Of a stretch of DNA of 64,000 bases, positions 60,640 through 64,000 are shown piece by piece. Below the pieces are notes generated by a model. It ran no database searches. It worked only from the letters and a program-made list of their open reading frames with translations, and had not been told where the DNA came from. This stretch comes from an uncultured Lachnospiraceae bacterium. Its GTDB lineage: Bacteria > Bacillota > Clostridia > Oscillospirales > CAG-272. Each line of letters begins with the position of its first letter. Position 1 is the first letter of the stretch. The translations under genes and the position numbers were made by a program. The DNA lies in assembly GCA_964521785.1 (NCBI GenBank), contig CAZFTE010000001.1, positions 1,172 to 65,171 of the forward strand. The letters are read 5' to 3'.

Positions 60640-62001
60640 TTATCTTTCAAGGATATCGGCAAGATCGCTCAATCCTTGATTTTTTGTGATAACGACGACT
60701 TTATCGCCCGCCAATATTTCAGTATCGCCCGTAGGAGTGATCACTTTTCTGCCCCTCGCAATGCCGAGCATCAAGATATTTTCGCGTATCTTCAGCTCTT
60801 TAAGCGGCACATTTGCCACTTTGGAATCCTCTCGCACATTAAATTCAAGAGCTTCTACCTTGCCGTCCATGAGCTTATAAAGAGTCTCTATATTGCTTCC
60901 GCGCGAGTTTTGGAGCGCACGAGCATATCTTATGATAACATCGGCAACTATCTTTCTGGGCGAAACTATACATTCAAGACCGAGCCTTTGCGCAAGCGGC
61001 ACAAGTTCGTCGCGGTTGACCTTTGCTATTACTTTCGGCACGTCGTTCATCGTTGCAAACAACGAGATGAGTATATTAGTCTCGTCGATGCCCGTAAGAG
61101 ATACGAAAGCATCTGTGGAGGTTATTCCCTCCTCGAGCAACAGCTCCTGCTGTGTGCCGTCTCCGTTGATAACTACGGCTTTCGGGAACGAATCGCTCAT
61201 GTCCTCGCATATCTTTTCATCAACGTCTATTATCTTTACGGAAGTTCCGATGCTCGTTAACATCTCCGTAAGATAATACGATATCCTACCTCCGCCGAGT
61301 ATCATTATATCTTTTGCTTGCTTTAAAAATATATCCGTTTCTCTAAAGAATCTCTGAAGTTCCGCGTGGGAAGCCGTTATGCCTATTCTGTCGCCGCCAT
61401 GCAAAACGAAATTACCGTTCGGGATATAGACTTCATCGCCGCGCTGTACGCAACCGACAAGCACCTGCGCTTTGAATTTATTTCTCATCTCGGAAAGAGA
61501 AACTCCGTCCAAAACGGAATCTTCCTTAAGATAAAGCTCTATAAGCTCCATATTTCTGTGAGAAAAAGTTTCTATCTTTGCCGCATAGGGATATTTCAAT
61601 ATATTGAATATCTCCTGCGCGGCGAGTCTTTCGGGATTTATCGGCATGGAAAGATCAAGATCTCTCTTCATTACCTCAAGGCTCGTCTCGTTATATTCGG
61701 GGGTGCGTATACGTGCAACGGTATTCTTGGCGCCCATCTTTTTTGCAATAAAACAGCTCAAAACATTAAGTTCATCGGAGCCTGAAACAGCTATATATAT
61801 ATCGGCATTCGCAATGTTCGCTTCCTTTAATATATCCGTGTCGGCGCAGTTACCGCAAATGCCCATAACGTCGCAAACCGTCGTTATCTCCTCTATAACA
61901 TCGGGGTTTTTTTCAATTATCAAAATATCATGCCCCTCTGCAACAAGGCTCTCTACTATTGTCTTTCCTATCTTGCCGCAACCTGAAATAACTATTTTCA
62001 T
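60640..62001 (-). CDS. trkA: Trk potassium uptake NAD-binding subunit
   Basis: Two RCK domains (GCGKIG, GGGRIS), SDELN, INPE. Start at MKIVI. Confidence 0.95.
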   Translation of the reverse strand: MKIVISGCGKIGKTIVESLVAEGHDILIIEKNPDVIEEITTVCDVMGICGNCADTDILKEANIANADIYIAVSGSDELNVLSCFIAKKMGAKNTVARIRTPEYNETSLEVMKRDLDLSMPINPERLAAQEIFNILKYPYAAKIETFSHRNMELIELYLKEDSVLDGVSLSEMRNKFKAQVLVGCVQRGDEVYIPNGNFVLHGGDRIGITASHAELQRFFRETDIFLKQAKDIMILGGGRISYYLTEMLTSIGTSVKIIDVDEKICEDMSDSFPKAVVINGDGTQQELLLEEGITSTDAFVSLTGIDETNILISLFATMNDVPKVIAKVNRDELVPLAQRLGLECIVSPRKIVADVIIRYARALQNSRGSNIETLYKLMDGKVEALEFNVREDSKVANVPLKELKIRENILMLGIARGRKVITPTGDTEILAGDKVVVITKNQGLSDLADILER

Positions 62002-62067
62002 AAAAATAAGATCCTTTTCTCTTTGCTTTTTCGGCAAAGAACAAAATATATTGTTGTCTGTTGCTCT

Positions 62068-62096
62068 ATTGTAACACCATTTCCAAAAATTTTCAA
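62068..62096 (-). promoter_or_regulatory. Sigma-A promoter of trkAH
   Basis: TTGAAA-17-TACAAT with extended TG. Confidence 0.6.
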
Positions 62097-62126
62097 CCCC
62101 TATGTTTTTTTGCCATGTTAAAACGC

Positions 62127-62158
62127 AAAAAGACTACCGATAATAATATCGGTAGCCT
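62127..62158 (-). terminator. arg operon terminator
   Basis: GGCTACCGATA/TATCGGTAGTC followed by TTTTT on the minus strand. Confidence 0.8.
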
Positions 62159-62167
62159 TAAAAAACA

Positions 62168-63079
62168 TCAGTTTTTGTCTTTCATGCACATTACCATAAC
62201 GGCTTTCTGTGCGTGAAGTCTGTTTTCTGCTTCGTCGAATATCTCGTCTGCGTGTGCTTCGAGAACATCTGCCGTGATCTCCTCGCCGCGATGTGCAGGG
62301 AGGCAATGAAGTACCATAGCATCGGGTTTAGCAACGCTCATAAGCTCTGCGTTTACCTGATAGCCTGCAAATATCTTCTTTCTTTCTTCAGCTTCGGCTT
62401 CTTCGCCCATAGATGCCCAAACGTCTGTGTAGATAACGTCTGCGTCTTTAGCAGCTTCAAAAATGTCGTCCGTGCAGAGGAATTCTCCGTTTTCGTTAGC
62501 CCATTTCATGATGTCGGCATCGGGCTGATGCGTCTTGGGGCAGCCGATAGCAACGGACATACCCATCTTGATACCGCCGACGATAAGGGAGTTAGCCATG
62601 TTGTTGCCGTCGCCGATAAAGCAGAGCTTCTTGCCCTTGATAGAGCCTTTATGCTCGCGGATAGTCATAAGGTCCGCAAGTACCTGGCAGGGGTGGCAGA
62701 AGTCCGTAAGACCGTTGATAACGGGGATAGAGCCGTATTTAGCGAGATTTTCAACCTCATCCTGTTCAAATGTTCTGATCATGATACCGTCAAGGTAACG
62801 GGATAGAACGCGAGCTGTATCTTCGAGAGGCTCGCCGCGGCCGATCTGAAGATCGCGGGGAGAGAGGAAGAGCGCGCTGCCGCCGAGGTCATACATACCT
62901 ACTTCGAAAGAAACACGTGTACGTGTGGAGGATTTCTGGAATATCATACCCAAAGTTTTGCCTTTAAGGTGATGATGTTCAATGCCGTTCTTCTTTTCAT
63001 ATTTAAGCTGATCTGCGAGATTGAGTATTTCTATGATCTCTTTTGTTTCGAGATCCATAAGTTTGAGCAAATGTTTCAT
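62168..63079 (-). CDS. argF: Ornithine carbamoyltransferase
   Basis: SSTRTRVSFE, HPCQ, DVWASMG, HCLPAHRG; ATGA overlap with the argD stop. Confidence 0.96.
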   Translation of the reverse strand: MKHLLKLMDLETKEIIEILNLADQLKYEKKNGIEHHHLKGKTLGMIFQKSSTRTRVSFEVGMYDLGGSALFLSPRDLQIGRGEPLEDTARVLSRYLDGIMIRTFEQDEVENLAKYGSIPVINGLTDFCHPCQVLADLMTIREHKGSIKGKKLCFIGDGNNMANSLIVGGIKMGMSVAIGCPKTHQPDADIMKWANENGEFLCTDDIFEAAKDADVIYTDVWASMGEEAEAEERKKIFAGYQVNAELMSVAKPDAMVLHCLPAHRGEEITADVLEAHADEIFDEAENRLHAQKAVMVMCMKDKN

Positions 63080-64000
63080 TTTGCACATACCTCCTTAATG
63101 ATTGCAACTGCTTCTTTTACCTGGTCGAAAGTTATCGTGAGCGGAGGAAGCAAGCGTATCTTTGTTTTTGCCGTAAGAACGAGAACACCTTTCTCTCTTA
63201 CGCCGGCAACGATCTCTGCGGCGGGTCTTTCCGTTTCAAGACCGAGCATAAGACCCATACCGGAAACAGATTTGATGCCTTTTGCGCCTGTGAGTTCTTT
63301 TACGATATATTCGGATTTTGCCGTAACATCGGCAAGAAGTTCATCTGTAAGACGAGAGATAACGTTGATGGCACCTGCCGCGCAAACGGGGTTGCCGCCG
63401 AACGTGGAACCGTGCATACCGGGCTGATAGATATCGGCAACTTTTTCGCCGAACATCGTTGCGCCGATAGGCAAGCCCGCGCCAAGACCCTTAGCCGTGG
63501 AAATGATATCGGGTTTGATACCGAAGTGCATATATGCGTAAAGTTTACCTGTTCTGCCGTTACCGCACTGAACTTCATCATCTACCATAAGGAGATCGTG
63601 TTTTTTCGCAAGTTCTGCGATCTTTGCAACAAATTCGGGTATAAGCGCCTTAACGCCGCCTTCGCCCTGAACGAGTTCGAACATGATAGCGCAAACTTTG
63701 TTTTCGTTTACTGCTTTTTCAAGCGCTTCGCAATCGTTTGCGGGCGTGTAGATAAAGCCAGGTGTCATAGGTCCGAAGTTCTTGTGGTAAGCTTCCTGAC
63801 CCGTTGCGGAAAGTGTAGCAAGGCTTCTGCCGTGGAAGCTGTTCACGAGAGTGATGATGTTGTAATATTCTTCGCCCTTTGTCGTAACACCATATTCACG
63901 AGCCGCTTTGATAGCACATTCGTTTGCTTCCGCACCTGCGTTGGAGAAGAATACCTTCTTCATGCCTGTCTTTTCGCAGAGCATCTGAGCGAGCTTCGCG
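63076..64000 (-). CDS. argD: Acetylornithine aminotransferase (5' partial)
   Basis: NAGAEANE, SFHGR, ELVQGEGG, DEVQCG.GRTG, AKGLG, HGSTFGGNP; frame is open to the window edge. Confidence 0.93.
   Translation of the reverse strand, partial: AKLAQMLCEKTGMKKVFFSNAGAEANECAIKAAREYGVTTKGEEYYNIITLVNSFHGRSLATLSATGQEAYHKNFGPMTPGFIYTPANDCEALEKAVNENKVCAIMFELVQGEGGVKALIPEFVAKIAELAKKHDLLMVDDEVQCGNGRTGKLYAYMHFGIKPDIISTAKGLGAGLPIGATMFGEKVADIYQPGMHGSTFGGNPVCAAGAINVISRLTDELLADVTAKSEYIVKELTGAKGIKSVSGMGLMLGLETERPAAEIVAGVREKGVLVLTAKTKIRLLPPLTITFDQVKEAVAIIKEVCAK

Noticed and set aside
62001-62168. c-di-AMP riboswitch ahead of trkAH
   Set aside because: The leader is only about 60 nt from the predicted promoter and shows no riboswitch-like structure.

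Overview
Core-genome segment of a Bacillota bacterium, most likely Clostridia (spoVG, T-box riboswitches, addB, sigma-A type TTGACA/TATAAT promoters). I found no rRNA, tRNA, CRISPR array, phage gene or transposase. From left to right it contains: the end of an ECF transporter operon; a queG-like/GNAT/hypothetical/addB/B12 radical SAM/DUF2344 operon; a divergent type IIA topoisomerase pair (probably topo IV) followed by a degenerate response regulator; a DUF3048 lipoprotein, tadA, a CPBP protease and a glycerol-1-phosphate dehydrogenase; a polar amino-acid ABC transporter; murC, spoVG, dCMP deaminase and nadE; a nine-gene Phe/Tyr biosynthesis operon; a Trp T-box ABC transporter; an Ile T-box ilvA-ridA operon; a ZIP transporter, pyk and an aldose epimerase; a nine-gene ilv-leu operon; a short accessory-looking stretch; trkAH; and argD-argF. 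The most notable signals lie below the ORF-track cutoff. (1) A Tyr-rich leader peptide, MNNLYYYAMRFYYYTASL, with a full set of alternative hairpins precedes the aromatic operon and looks like a Tyr-sensing ribosome-mediated attenuator. (2) An Ile/Val/Leu leader peptide and terminator precede ilvB. (3) An orphan consensus promoter and terminator delimit a candidate sRNA of about 130 nt after trkH. (4) A structured element of about 110 bp sits between 19-bp direct repeats. All family calls come from motif recognition by eye; no database search or folding program was run.
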